Shown: positions 10,660 to 20,959, counted from the stretch's first letter. The stretch is DNA of 64,000 nucleotides from Candidatus Aenigmatarchaeota archaeon (GCA_038733315.1 JAVYPJ010000002.1:224051-288050); one strand, 5' to 3'. Numbers and translations: made by a program. The notes: generated from the sequence alone by a model not told the origin.

Positions 10660-11538
10660 ATGACCCAAGAATATAAAAAGTATGAAGATGGAATAGTGAT
10701 AGAAACCTTGGAAGGACTAATAAGAGCTCCAGAAGAGTATGTTTACTTAGAAAAGATAGTAGGAAGAGATTTTTATAGTAGTCCACAACTTTTTTTAGAG
10801 ACAGGAAAAATAGAAAGACTAGCAAAAGTACTAGAAGAGGCCAGAGTAGCTCCTAGTGAAGAAGTTCCTAAATTAATTTCTGTGGTTGCCGAAAAACTGG
10901 AGAAGGTTGATGCGCTTATTCCATATCTCTATGAATACGAAGATTGGTATCCATTGTCAAAAAGAACCATATTATCTGATCGTAAAGAGTATAAAATACT
11001 ATACCTTATGTCGATAGGAGACCCTTATCCAGTAGTGGATACCTACACAACAATCTTAGAGAAAACACGGGAAACATTAGTAAAAGATGGATGTGTAAGA
11101 ATAGAGAGAGTCGAGGAATATCCGCACGGAGAGGGAAATATTAACCTTCCTGTATACATTCTAGATCGTGTAGAAAAAGAAGTTATAAAATATAAATCTT
11201 TTTCATTCGGCATCAAAAGAGAAAAAGGGGAGAATAAAGAGGATTTAATCAGCGCGACTAAGTTAATCAAAAATCTTAAAAAAGTGCTAACCTCTGAAGA
11301 ATTTACTCTTGAAGAAAAAGGAGTAATTATTAGAAGCTTCATAATGATGGGTATAGTAGAACCTAAAGCTTTATATCCCAAGTATCATCCAACAAACCCT
11401 CTATACGCCAAGGAATTCGCCAAGAAGTACGGGGATGGTGCCCTCTGGTTTGTAGTAAACCCAAGAAGAATAGGATTCACTATCGCATTCGGCGAAAAAG
11501 AAGAAAGAGAACTACTATATAGATATTTAAGAGAATAA
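10660..11538 (+). CDS. Hypothetical protein (start probably 10660 rather than 10612)
   Basis: Long ORF with no recognisable motif; TT-ATG at 10660 with a TATA-like tract about 27 bp upstream. Confidence 0.7.
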   Translation: MTQEYKKYEDGIVIETLEGLIRAPEEYVYLEKIVGRDFYSSPQLFLETGKIERLAKVLEEARVAPSEEVPKLISVVAEKLEKVDALIPYLYEYEDWYPLSKRTILSDRKEYKILYLMSIGDPYPVVDTYTTILEKTRETLVKDGCVRIERVEEYPHGEGNINLPVYILDRVEKEVIKYKSFSFGIKREKGENKEDLISATKLIKNLKKVLTSEEFTLEEKGVIIRSFIMMGIVEPKALYPKYHPTNPLYAKEFAKKYGDGALWFVVNPRRIGFTIAFGEKEERELLYRYLRE

Positions 11539-11541
11539 AAA

Positions 11542-11566
11542 CTTTTTTTCTTTTTTTATTTTTTTA
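11542..11566 (+). terminator. Oligo-T tract, probable archaeal terminator
   Basis: ctttttttctttttttattttttt immediately after the stop at 11538. Confidence 0.55.
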
Positions 11567-11613
11567 GAACTAAAAATTTATAAATTTTTTTATTTTATTC
11601 TAAAATATAAATC

Positions 11614-12978
11614 ATGGAAATAAAAGAAATTTCTGAAATTGAAGCTAGAGAATTTGAAAGAATAGCTGCACATAGTCATATAAAAGGTTTAGGACTAAAA
11701 GGTTTAAAAGCTGAATTTATTGCTGATGGTTTTGTTGGGCAAGTAGAAGCAAGAGAAGCAGCTGGTATAATAGTAAGATTAATAAAAGAGGGGAAGTTTG
11801 CTGGTAAGGGGATTCTAATTGCTGGCCCTCCAGGAAGCGGTAAAACTGCACTAGCAATAGGAATTGCAAAAGAGTTAGGTAATGACGTTCCATTTGTTCA
11901 TTTAGCTGCTAGCGAAATCTACAGTGCAGAAGTTAAAAAAACAGAATTCTTAACACAAACATTAAGAAAATCTATTGGAGTAAGAATTAGGGAAATAAGA
12001 AAAGTTTATGAAGGGGAAGTTGTTGAGTTAGATATAAAACACAAACAACATCCATATAATCCATACTATCAAATACCACATTCCGCTATAATAAAACTAG
12101 AAACTTCAGAAGACTCTAAGAAATTAAATGTAGATCAAACATTTGCAATGCAATTGGTTCAGCAAGGAATTGAAATTGGAGATATTATAGCTATAGACGT
12201 TGATGGTGGAAAAATTGTAAAGTATGGAAAAAGTGAGAGAACTGTCAAAAAAACAGAAGAAGAAATAACAACAGAAAAACCTATTCCACTGCCAAAAGGA
12301 AGGGTTTTTAAAGAAAAAGAATTTGTATATGTAGTAACTTTACATCAGTTAGATGTTGCAAGAGCAAGATCTTCTATAGATATAGCTACTATATTTTTTG
12401 GTGGAGAAAGAAAAGAAATAGATAGCGAAATAAGAAAAGAGGTTGATGAAATAGTTAAAGAATTAATAAAAGAAGGAAAAGCAGAATTAATTCCTGGAGT
12501 AGTATTCATAGATGAATGTAGTTTATTAGATATAGAAACTTTTGCCTTTTTGAATAGAGCAATGGAACAAGAATTAAGTCCAATCTTCATCTTTGCAACA
12601 AATAGAGGTGTTGCTCAGATTAGAGGTACAGATTATAAATCTCCGCATGCTATGCCAATAGATTTATTAGATAGATTATTAATAATAAATACAAGACCAT
12701 ATAACGAAAAAGAGATTAGAGAAATTTTAAAAATTAAAGCTAAAAACGATAAAATCGAACTAGATAATGAAGCATTAGAATATCTAACTCAATTAGGTGT
12801 AAAAAATAGTTTAAGATATGCTATGCAGCTATTGCATCCAGCTAACATAATTGCTAAGGAAGAGAAATCTAATAAAATAACTAAATCTCATATAGAGAAA
12901 GTTGAAAGTTTGTTTGCTGATGTAAAAAAGAGTGTTGAATACGTAAAAGAGTTTGAAAAACAATTCCTAGAATTTTAA
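11614..12978 (+). CDS. TIP49/RuvB-like AAA+ ATPase
   Basis: AHSHIKGLGL, GQVEAREAAG, GPPGSGKT, EVKKTE, PGVVFIDE, ATNRG, DLLDRL, SLRYA. Confidence 0.95.
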   Translation: MEIKEISEIEAREFERIAAHSHIKGLGLKGLKAEFIADGFVGQVEAREAAGIIVRLIKEGKFAGKGILIAGPPGSGKTALAIGIAKELGNDVPFVHLAASEIYSAEVKKTEFLTQTLRKSIGVRIREIRKVYEGEVVELDIKHKQHPYNPYYQIPHSAIIKLETSEDSKKLNVDQTFAMQLVQQGIEIGDIIAIDVDGGKIVKYGKSERTVKKTEEEITTEKPIPLPKGRVFKEKEFVYVVTLHQLDVARARSSIDIATIFFGGERKEIDSEIRKEVDEIVKELIKEGKAELIPGVVFIDECSLLDIETFAFLNRAMEQELSPIFIFATNRGVAQIRGTDYKSPHAMPIDLLDRLLIINTRPYNEKEIREILKIKAKNDKIELDNEALEYLTQLGVKNSLRYAMQLLHPANIIAKEEKSNKITKSHIEKVESLFADVKKSVEYVKEFEKQFLEF

Positions 12979-13016
12979 GCGTTATTTCTCATAAAATTCT
13001 TAGAAATTTTTATGGA

Positions 13017-13091
13017 GCCCCCGTAGCTCAGCATGGATAGAGCGCCAGGCTTCGGACCTGGTGGTCGCGGGTTCAAATCCCGCCGGGGGCT
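13017..13091 (+). tRNA. tRNA-Arg(TCG)
   Basis: Cloverleaf GCCCCCG/CGGGGGC, anticodon arm CCAGG-CT-TCG-GA-CCTGG, T loop TTCAAAT; no encoded CCA. Confidence 0.95.
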
Positions 13092-13170
13092 TGCTAATTC
13101 TGCAAAGCCCATATGTAAAATTTATGCAAAAAGCAAAAAACTTCTTAATTAAAATTTATAAAATTTATTT

Positions 13171-13605
13171 ATGATAAACGTAAATTTGGGCGATATAGAA
13201 CCTATCGCATATTGTATTGTTATTAAAGAACTTCTTGATTCTAACAGATTTTTAAAAGGCTTTGGGGATAACATCTTAATGAAGTTTCAAATAAAAGAAA
13301 TTGAAGAAAACATAAGAAAAATTAGAAGAGAACTCTTAAGCAATATAGAAAATAAAAAACATTTTACCGGCATAAAAACGTTATTATTGGATTTGTTAGA
13401 TAGAGTTTTATCTATGAGCGGCAGATATTCTTCAATAAACTACGCATTAACTAGTGAGCTTCAGAATAATATTAAAAAAATTATTAAAAATGTTGCAAAT
13501 TCAGAAAGTTTTGAAGACCTTCAAAAACTTTATGAAGAATTTAACAGAAATGTTTTTCTAGTTGTATATAAACTTTTTCAAGAGTCTTTAAGTCTAAGAA
13601 AATAG
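13171..13605 (+). CDS. Hypothetical helical protein
   Basis: 144-aa ORF with TT-ATG start. Confidence 0.7.
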   Translation: MINVNLGDIEPIAYCIVIKELLDSNRFLKGFGDNILMKFQIKEIEENIRKIRRELLSNIENKKHFTGIKTLLLDLLDRVLSMSGRYSSINYALTSELQNNIKKIIKNVANSESFEDLQKLYEEFNRNVFLVVYKLFQESLSLRK

Positions 13606-13613
13606 AAAAAGTT

Positions 13614-15404
13614 CTAAATTTCTTTCATAGCTTCTTCCAAAATTTCAGTAACTATCCTTTTTCTTAATTCTTGATTAGAATATATTTTTTTCAAATCTTT
13701 TTCACTTTTTATACCCATATCTTTAAGAAGATTTTTTAACTCCTCTTTACTAAAAGCAAAAAGATTTTTCTCACAAATTATTTCATCTACTTTTTTATAC
13801 TTCAAATCTTCTAATATTTCTTCTATCGCATTTTTTGAAATTTTCCTATCTTTAATATATTCAAAAATTTTTTCTATTTCTTGTTTTTTGTTTTTGAAGA
13901 TTTCGCTATCAAATCCAATTTTTTTAAGCAATAAGAAAACTTGTGATAAAAAGTTTGGGTTTAAAGTTTTATATTTCTCCAAGAATTCTTTGAAGAAATC
14001 TAGTAGCTCAGCTCTAGCTATCTCTTTTATTACATTCCTATCTATATTATACTTTTTAGAAATTTCGTTAACTAAAACATTTAGCGGCAAAATATTTGGC
14101 TTTATTTTCTCTATAAAATCTCTAGATAAAGAAATTATTGGTAAATCTGTTTCTGGATACATTCTTGCACTTCCTGGCAATGGCCTCAAAAAACTAGTAG
14201 ATAAATCCTTATTAACTTTTCTTGTTTCATTTTCTATTCCAAAGTTAATCCATCTTTCTAATTTATTTTTTATAAATTCTATTGGAGCTTCATTCTTAGC
14301 TGCGAATATTGCTAAAACATCTTTTTCGCCTAATTTATATTCCTTAGCCAAAAATTCAAAATCTTTCTTTAGTTTATACTTTTCCAAATCCTCTTCGCTA
14401 TGAATTATTCCAGAATTAAAAGATTTTAAATAATCAGAAATTTCTTTACCGAAAGTTCTTCCAGAAACTTTTAAATTCATTAAACCACCTAAATTATAAA
14501 AAATTAATCCAAAAATTTTATTTCCATTACATAAAAACTTCTTTATTAACTCAGAATCGCACTTTTCAAAATAGTTTGTCAAATCTATTATCTCACTAAT
14601 CTTAACATTTCTTTTTCTCATCTCTTCAACAATTTTCTCTAAATCTATTAACCTTTTAACTTCATAATCAACAATCTTTGGAATATCTTCTAGTTTTTGT
14701 ACACCTTTTAATTCCATCCTAGCAGAATTTATAGAAATGTTAACATCCTGCCTTATGCTTCCTATTCCCCTTTTAACCTTTTTTATACTCTTCACAAGCC
14801 ATCCAATATTAAAAGCTACTTCTTCTATTTCTTTATAATTTTCAACCTCGAATATTGCAGTAGATATCTCAATCAAAGGAATTCCCAATCTATTTAATTT
14901 ATAATAAATCTTACCGTTTTCCTCTTTATCTATTGCGCAAGCATCTTCCTCTAAGCAAACCGTTTTTATCTCTATTTTTTTATTTAAAATCTCTAAATAA
15001 CCATCGAATCCTATTAAAGCTGTTCTTTGAAACCCACTAGTGTTAGAACCATCTATAACTGTTTTTCTCATTACTTGAATTTTATCTGGAATTTTACAGT
15101 TTAATAGCAAAGCTACTTGAAGAGATAGTTTTAATGCATCTTCATTTATTAATCTAGGCGGTTCTTCATCAAGCTCCACTAAGCAGCTCTCGTTTTCAAA
15201 ATATTCATAATAATACTCTCTTTCTCTTAAGTATTCATATTGTGCTGCTACATCAACTAAACCTAATTCACCAACTATAGGATGTAGCTTCCTTTTAACA
15301 ATCTTGCTTGGTTTTTCTTCAGTCATTGTAGTTTTGCATTTACAAAATAGTTTTTCTTCAGTATCTAATTGAATATGAATTTCTAATCCAGCTTTAATCT
15401 TCAT
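13614..15404 (-). CDS. gatE: Glu-tRNA(Gln) amidotransferase subunit E
   Basis: GLEIHIQL, LVELDEEPP, RKTVIDGSNTSGFQRT, RLGIPLIEI, RQDVNISI, LRPLPGSARMYPETD. Confidence 0.96.
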   Translation of the reverse strand: MKIKAGLEIHIQLDTEEKLFCKCKTTMTEEKPSKIVKRKLHPIVGELGLVDVAAQYEYLREREYYYEYFENESCLVELDEEPPRLINEDALKLSLQVALLLNCKIPDKIQVMRKTVIDGSNTSGFQRTALIGFDGYLEILNKKIEIKTVCLEEDACAIDKEENGKIYYKLNRLGIPLIEISTAIFEVENYKEIEEVAFNIGWLVKSIKKVKRGIGSIRQDVNISINSARMELKGVQKLEDIPKIVDYEVKRLIDLEKIVEEMRKRNVKISEIIDLTNYFEKCDSELIKKFLCNGNKIFGLIFYNLGGLMNLKVSGRTFGKEISDYLKSFNSGIIHSEEDLEKYKLKKDFEFLAKEYKLGEKDVLAIFAAKNEAPIEFIKNKLERWINFGIENETRKVNKDLSTSFLRPLPGSARMYPETDLPIISLSRDFIEKIKPNILPLNVLVNEISKKYNIDRNVIKEIARAELLDFFKEFLEKYKTLNPNFLSQVFLLLKKIGFDSEIFKNKKQEIEKIFEYIKDRKISKNAIEEILEDLKYKKVDEIICEKNLFAFSKEELKNLLKDMGIKSEKDLKKIYSNQELRKRIVTEILEEAMKEI

Positions 15405-16680
15405 AATAACTTCTATAGCTTATCTCGCTAACAAAATTTTTTACCATTAGCTCCTTTAACTTCTCTATATCATTTTCTTGAGCCAATAACCAACCAAGCT
15501 TAACATAAGCAACCTCGCTTAGCATATCTTCACAAAAAATAACATTGTTTAAGCCGCTTAAAATTCTTGTATTAGTATAGACATATGGATGAACCCTACC
15601 ATATATACATTGAGAAGTAATTGCAAATAGAACTTTATCGTTCTTTTTTATATATGGAATCCAAGATTTTTCATTCTTCGTAGCTACATGCCCCAAACCG
15701 CTTGCCTCTATTACAATACCTTTAATATCAAAATTATTAACTAAAATATCAATTATTTCTGGATTAAAATTCGGATAAAATTTTAATAATGCTACCCTTT
15801 CTTCAAAAAAGGCTTTTAAAATTGGTTTCTCTTCGCTTCTTTTTCTATAATTTTCATTTAAGATTTCTATATTTCCTCCGATATCAATTTTTGCAATTGG
15901 TTTCTCATTTATAGATTTAAATGCATCCCTTCTTGTAGTATGCATCTTTCTAACTCTTGTCCCCCTGTGAAAATAACAAAAATCGTCATTAATAGAAGCG
16001 TGCATAACAATGCCAACTTCTGCTATTTCAGATATTGAAGCATAGGCCGAACAAATAAAGTTCATTTTAGCATCGCTGCTTGCTCTATCACTACTTCTTT
16101 GAGCCCCAGTCAAAACTATTGGTTTATTTAGATTTTGAATAAAAAAACTTAAAGCTGCGGATGTATAATGCATTGTATCTGTGCCATGAGAAATTATTAC
16201 TCCACTAATTTCTTTATCCAAAATTTCTTTATATGCAACTTTTGCAATCTCAATCCAATTTTTTGGCAGCATATCTTCGCTTGCTATATTAAAAAGTAAA
16301 ATTCCTCTATCTATGTTTACAATATTCTTTAATTCTGGAAAGATGTAAAAAAGTTCCTCTGGTTTAATTGCTGGACTTACTGCTTGTGTTAAATAATCTA
16401 TTTTTGAAGCTATCGTTCCCCCAGTATGGATTAATGATACGTTTTTTAAATTTTTGTTCTTTTCAATTTCTACCTTTGGAAATTTTCCTATGGATATTTT
16501 TTCGTTAAGATTAATAATCTTTGTATTTTCATCTATTTGAATCCCAATATTATAGCCATTAGAAAGTTTCAATAAAATGAATTTATCATCATATAATGTT
16601 GGTTTCGGAATAACATAACCTTCAACTTCCATATCTTCTCTAACAATTCTAACTTTCCTTCCTATCTCAAATTCTACCAT
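15394..16680 (-). CDS. gatD: Glu-tRNA(Gln) amidotransferase subunit D
   Basis: KLSNGYNIG, TGGTIASKIDY, HGTDTMHY, GAQRSSDR, RKMHT. Confidence 0.96.
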   Translation of the reverse strand: MVEFEIGRKVRIVREDMEVEGYVIPKPTLYDDKFILLKLSNGYNIGIQIDENTKIINLNEKISIGKFPKVEIEKNKNLKNVSLIHTGGTIASKIDYLTQAVSPAIKPEELFYIFPELKNIVNIDRGILLFNIASEDMLPKNWIEIAKVAYKEILDKEISGVIISHGTDTMHYTSAALSFFIQNLNKPIVLTGAQRSSDRASSDAKMNFICSAYASISEIAEVGIVMHASINDDFCYFHRGTRVRKMHTTRRDAFKSINEKPIAKIDIGGNIEILNENYRKRSEEKPILKAFFEERVALLKFYPNFNPEIIDILVNNFDIKGIVIEASGLGHVATKNEKSWIPYIKKNDKVLFAITSQCIYGRVHPYVYTNTRILSGLNNVIFCEDMLSEVAYVKLGWLLAQENDIEKLKELMVKNFVSEISYRSYYED

Positions 16681-16713
16681 TAAAAATTTAAGTTAAGAAA
16701 GCATAAAATAATT

Positions 16714-16803
16714 ATGGCAGCTAAGAAAAGCAAGAAAGCAAAAAAGACAAAAAAAGTTGCCAAGAAGAGGTCTGCTAAGAAAAAAGCAAAAAAGTGCAAG
16801 TAG
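16714..16803 (+). CDS. Small Lys/Ala-rich basic peptide (29 aa, MAAKKSKKAKKTKKVAKKRSAKKKAKKCK)
   Basis: TT-ATG start, TTTAAG box about 27 bp upstream, divergent from gatD, downstream oligo-T tract, mixed AAA/AAG Lys codons. Confidence 0.7.
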   Translation: MAAKKSKKAKKTKKVAKKRSAKKKAKKCK

Positions 16804-16854
16804 GAAAGATATGATTCTCAGTTCTTTTGAAAAGTAGCTTAGGAAGAAAGCCAA

Positions 16855-16879
16855 TTTCTTTTTTCTCTTTTTATTTTTT
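16855..16879 (+). terminator. Oligo-T tract after the small basic peptide gene
   Basis: tttcttttttctctttttatttttt. Confidence 0.5.
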
Positions 16880-16925
16880 AAACCCAACTTAAGGTATCTT
16901 AGAGTTTTTTTCAGAATTTTTTGAT

Positions 16926-16998
16926 TGCCCCCACCGGGATTCGAACCCGGGTCTCCGGCTCGAGAGGCCGGTATCCTTGGCCGCTAGACGATGGGGGC
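16926..16998 (-). tRNA. tRNA-Glu(CTC)
   Basis: GCCCCCA/TGGGGGC acceptor stem, CCGGC-CT-CTC-GA-GCCGG, TTCGAAT. Confidence 0.95.
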
Positions 16999-17105
16999 AT
17001 GAGCGAGCTATAAAAAATTAAACCTTGTTTTTTAATATTTATAATAGATTTGCCGAAGGAGCTCTATCATAAGCTACTATAAATTCTCTAGTTTTTTATA
17101 ATTTT

Positions 17106-17375
17106 ATGATTTTGATTAGATTAATTTTATTTCTTTTGATGATGACCATAGGATTTATAGTACTAATCTCTGGAACTATCCTTTACTTTACAATCGATGA
17201 AAAACAGTCTGGAAAAATAGAGATTTTCGGAATTAGTAAAAAGGTTTGGGAACATATTCATTCTGAACTTGGTTTTATTCTTGCCGCATTGATATTTATA
17301 CACTTATATCTTAATAGAAAGATTATTCTTCAATATTTTAGAAACTTAATAAGAAATAAATCATATGCAAAATAG
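17106..17375 (+). CDS. Small membrane protein, DUF4405-like (putative heme-binding His pair)
   Basis: Two TM helices, SG in helix 1, WEHIH...IHLYLN. Confidence 0.7.
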   Translation: MILIRLILFLLMMTIGFIVLISGTILYFTIDEKQSGKIEIFGISKKVWEHIHSELGFILAALIFIHLYLNRKIILQYFRNLIRNKSYAK

Positions 17376-18000
17376 GAGTTCTTATAAAGAGGTTGTAAGG
17401 GTTTTGAAAAGTGTATACGAAGATAAAAAAGAAGAAATTCAAGAAAGATTAAAGAAGTTCGAGAAGAATAAAAACGCTACAAAAGAAGAAAAATTTATTG
17501 AATTGTGTTTTTGTATATTGGTTGCTGGTAATAATTTGAAAAAAACCTTAGAAATTTGGAAAATAATTGGAAAAGGTTTCCTAAATTTAGGTAAAGATGA
17601 GTTAAGTAAAACCCTAAAAAACTTAGGATATAGATTTTATAACATTAGATCTAAATACATAGTAGAAAATCGAGAAAAAATTAATTTGTTAGAAGAGTTT
17701 AAATGCGATTGTAACTTTAGAAAAATTTTGGTAGAAAATTTTTATGGGATTGGATATAAGGAGGCCTCTCATTTTTTAAGAAATATAGGCTGCAATAACT
17801 TTGCTATCATTGACAGACACGTCTTGAAATTCTTAAAGAGTTTTAATTTTATAAAGGAAGCTCCAAAAAGTTTGAACGAAAAAACTTATATAGAACTAGA
17901 AAAAATCCTTGAAAAAATAGCACAAGAAATTGGAATTACGTTGGCAGAGTTAGATTTCTGTATTTTTTATTATCAAACAAATAGATTTCCGGAGAAATAA
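17365..18000 (+). CDS. ogg: 8-oxoguanine DNA glycosylase/AP lyase (OGG2 type)
   Basis: ELCFCIL, GYRFYN, HhH GIGYKEASHFLRNIG, IIDRH. Confidence 0.92.
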   Translation: MQNRSSYKEVVRVLKSVYEDKKEEIQERLKKFEKNKNATKEEKFIELCFCILVAGNNLKKTLEIWKIIGKGFLNLGKDELSKTLKNLGYRFYNIRSKYIVENREKINLLEEFKCDCNFRKILVENFYGIGYKEASHFLRNIGCNNFAIIDRHVLKFLKSFNFIKEAPKSLNEKTYIELEKILEKIAQEIGITLAELDFCIFYYQTNRFPEK

Positions 18001-18056
18001 TTACCGATTTTTAACATCTATATCTATTTTAATTGATGTTATTTTCTACTCGATGT

Positions 18057-20636
18057 TCACTCTATAAAATGCCTGATTTTCAAAAATTCTTTCTCCTTTT
18101 CAAAAATTTCCTGAATTAGTTTATCTTCATTTTCGTAAACCTTTTTAATATTTAAGATTTTTTTAGCTGTTTCTATTCCAATCCCTTTACCAGCTAAAAC
18201 TAACGCAGCTTTTTTTCCAAAACTAATGAACAAAGATGCACTTTCATAGAGTTTTTGATATATCTTTTCTTCTTCCTTAGATAAAGAAAGTCCTTTAATT
18301 TTTTTATTGACAATCCTTAAGTTCCTCTCTAAATCTTGCTTAACAATTGAAATTATTGGAGAATTGCACTTTAAACACTTAGAAAAATTAACATCTTTAA
18401 CTCTACTTTCAAAGTAATTTCCACAGTTTAAACATATAAAATAAAGTTTTCTATTTAGCAACCTCTCTTTAACTTTATCTAAGATATTAGCAAAAAGCAT
18501 AGGAATCTCGCTAAAACTAAAAACCCTTTTTAATAAAAATTCAGAAAACTTAGAAAAATTCTCTCTAAACTCTATTTTAATATTTTTTAATTCATTTAAA
18601 ACTTTCTTTGTATTTTCAAAATCAAGCTTTTCGAAAGCTATTTCATTTAAAACTTCTTTTTCAACTATAGAATTTCTATAAAAATCTACCAATTTTTCAA
18701 TTTTTGAAAAATTTATTTCTGCATCTTTTGAAATTATTCCGAATCTTTTTAATATTTGAAAAAATTTATAAAAATATAACTTAGAGTTTCTAATACTTTC
18801 AAAAACAAAAGCTTCTATATTATTTCCTAAATTTTCTAAAGCATTTTTAAAAATTTCATCATTTTTCTTATTTACTCTAAAAATTATTCCATACTGCAAT
18901 GATTTATAAAAAATCTCTTTAAATTCCTTAGATAGAAAGAACAGCATTGCATACATTAATGTTTCGTTAACTCTATTTCCGTATGGTAAATGAAAAATAT
19001 AATAGAAATATTTTTTATCAAAAACCACCTCTATTTTTTTACCTTCGAATAATTCAGATTTTTCGAGCTCTTTAGCAACTTCAAATTCTACCGGAATCAA
19101 CTCTCCTTCCCAACTCGGTATTATTGCTTCTTCTTCGCTTGGCTCCACAAATACTTTTTCCTTTATATCAACAACCTTCCAAGAACTACCTTTAATCAAA
19201 TAAGATTTTCCTATTTCTAACTCAGTAGCTACAAAATTTTCATCTAAACTAGCAATAATTTTATTAGATGTTATATCTATAACATCAAATTGTCTAACAG
19301 AAGGTATAAAAGATAAGTTTTCTATATAAACCTTTAAACCTTTATTGCTAGTTTTTATCCATCTATTTTCATCCTCGAATATGAGTTTATGATTTTTTAA
19401 AAAGTTTATAACGTCTAAAATATCTTTTTCACTTATATTATCATAAACATACGAACTCCTAATAATTTCTTTTATTTCATCTAAGCTCTTTTTCTCTTTT
19501 AAACAAATAGAAAGAATTTGATTAGCTAGAACATCTAAACAGTTTTTCATTAATCTTGTTTCTTCCAATCTATTTTTTTTAGCAAATTCAACTAGATTCT
19601 TAGATTCCTCAAATTCTAATTCATCACTACAAATTATATAGCCTATTGCCTTTTTTTCTTCTCTATGCCCACTCCTACCAACTCTCTGAATTAGCTGAAT
19701 TACTTGTCTAGCACTATTATACTGAATTACTGCATCAACATTTCCTATATCTATACCTAATTGTAAACTAGAAGTTGCCACTATAGCTTTTATGTTACCT
19801 TTTTTAAACTCTTTTTCAACCTCTACTCTAACATCTTTACTTAGGCTTGAATGATGGACCTCGACTTTTTCAAATTTTTTAATATTATAAGCCAAAAATT
19901 CTGCCTCCTCTCTTGTATTCGTAAAAATCAATACTTGTCTATAATTTTTTAAAATTTCTAAAATTTTTTCTATTCTTTTTTCGAAATCCTTCTCTAAGAT
20001 TACTTTAAATTCATATTCCTTTGGCTTTTCCACTTTAACTATTTCATAATTCTTGCAAAAAATTTTTCCCAAATCAAAATTACTAATAGTTGCTGAAACC
20101 ATTATAGTTTGAAATTCTGCAACTCTTCTCAATCTTTCTAAGCTTATAGATAGCTGCACTCCTCTCTTATTATCAGCTATTTCATGTATTTCATCTACTA
20201 TTACAAACTTTACGTTTTTTAGATATTCTCTTAAGTTTTTAGTTATTAACAAAAGCTGAAAAGTTTCTGGAGTGGTAATAAATATGTGTGGTACAAATAT
20301 TGTTTGTTTTCTTCTTTCGTATCTAGATATATCGCTATGTCTAACAGCAATCTCAAGATCCAAATTTCTACAAAAATATGATAACCTTTCTAATAAATCT
20401 CTATTTAATGCTCTTAAAGGTGTAATATAGATAATAGAAATAGGTAATGGGTTTTCTAAGGTTTTACTTAAAGCCGGTAAAAAAGCTGCTTCTGTTTTTC
20501 CATAGCCTGTGGGAGCAGATATTAAAACATTCTTTCCTTCTATAATCTTAGGTATAGCTATTTCTTGAATTTCCGTAGGTTTCTCAAACTTTTCTTTAAC
20601 TATTTTTTGAATCTCGTCTTTTAACAATTCAAACAT
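18057..20636 (-). CDS. lhr: Lhr-family SF2 helicase with C-terminal Zn finger
   Basis: APTGYGKT, PLRALNRD, DEIH, SAT, HHSSLS, QRVGRSGH, PSWEGE, CxxC..CxxC. Confidence 0.92.
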   Translation of the reverse strand: MFELLKDEIQKIVKEKFEKPTEIQEIAIPKIIEGKNVLISAPTGYGKTEAAFLPALSKTLENPLPISIIYITPLRALNRDLLERLSYFCRNLDLEIAVRHSDISRYERRKQTIFVPHIFITTPETFQLLLITKNLREYLKNVKFVIVDEIHEIADNKRGVQLSISLERLRRVAEFQTIMVSATISNFDLGKIFCKNYEIVKVEKPKEYEFKVILEKDFEKRIEKILEILKNYRQVLIFTNTREEAEFLAYNIKKFEKVEVHHSSLSKDVRVEVEKEFKKGNIKAIVATSSLQLGIDIGNVDAVIQYNSARQVIQLIQRVGRSGHREEKKAIGYIICSDELEFEESKNLVEFAKKNRLEETRLMKNCLDVLANQILSICLKEKKSLDEIKEIIRSSYVYDNISEKDILDVINFLKNHKLIFEDENRWIKTSNKGLKVYIENLSFIPSVRQFDVIDITSNKIIASLDENFVATELEIGKSYLIKGSSWKVVDIKEKVFVEPSEEEAIIPSWEGELIPVEFEVAKELEKSELFEGKKIEVVFDKKYFYYIFHLPYGNRVNETLMYAMLFFLSKEFKEIFYKSLQYGIIFRVNKKNDEIFKNALENLGNNIEAFVFESIRNSKLYFYKFFQILKRFGIISKDAEINFSKIEKLVDFYRNSIVEKEVLNEIAFEKLDFENTKKVLNELKNIKIEFRENFSKFSEFLLKRVFSFSEIPMLFANILDKVKERLLNRKLYFICLNCGNYFESRVKDVNFSKCLKCNSPIISIVKQDLERNLRIVNKKIKGLSLSKEEEKIYQKLYESASLFISFGKKAALVLAGKGIGIETAKKILNIKKVYENEDKLIQEIFEKEKEFLKIRHFIE

Positions 20637-20677
20637 AAAAAGTTAAAAACTTAAATAGATTTTTTTCTAATTAATTT

Positions 20678-20959
20678 ATGCATCCTTTAGTAAAGGCTTT
20701 CGCTGGAATAATAATAGCAATAGCAGGAATATACTACATCTTCCAAGGAATACCCTTTCTAGCAATAGGACCAGCAATAGAGCATGTAAAAATAGTTTTA
20801 AACGGCATGATACCGCTAATGGCAATATTTCTAGGGGCTTTCATAGCATGGCTATATTACGATGAATGGAAAATAGAAAATGAGCTAAGAAAAGAGTTAG
20901 AAAAAGAAAAGGAAAGTAAAGAAGAAGAGAAGAAAAAAGCTAGAAAGAAAAAGGAATAG
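20678..20959 (+). CDS. Small two-TM membrane protein with charged tail
   Basis: 93-aa ORF abutting fen. Confidence 0.75.
   Translation: MHPLVKAFAGIIIAIAGIYYIFQGIPFLAIGPAIEHVKIVLNGMIPLMAIFLGAFIAWLYYDEWKIENELRKELEKEKESKEEEKKKARKKKE

Noticed and set aside
13017..13605. Integrated element at tRNA-Arg (or other tRNAs)
   Set aside because: No integrase and no duplicated tRNA 3' end seen in the window
16693..16887. 64-aa minus-strand Phe/Leu-rich ORF
   Set aside because: Reverse complement of the Lys-rich peptide gene; non-ATG start and no supporting signals
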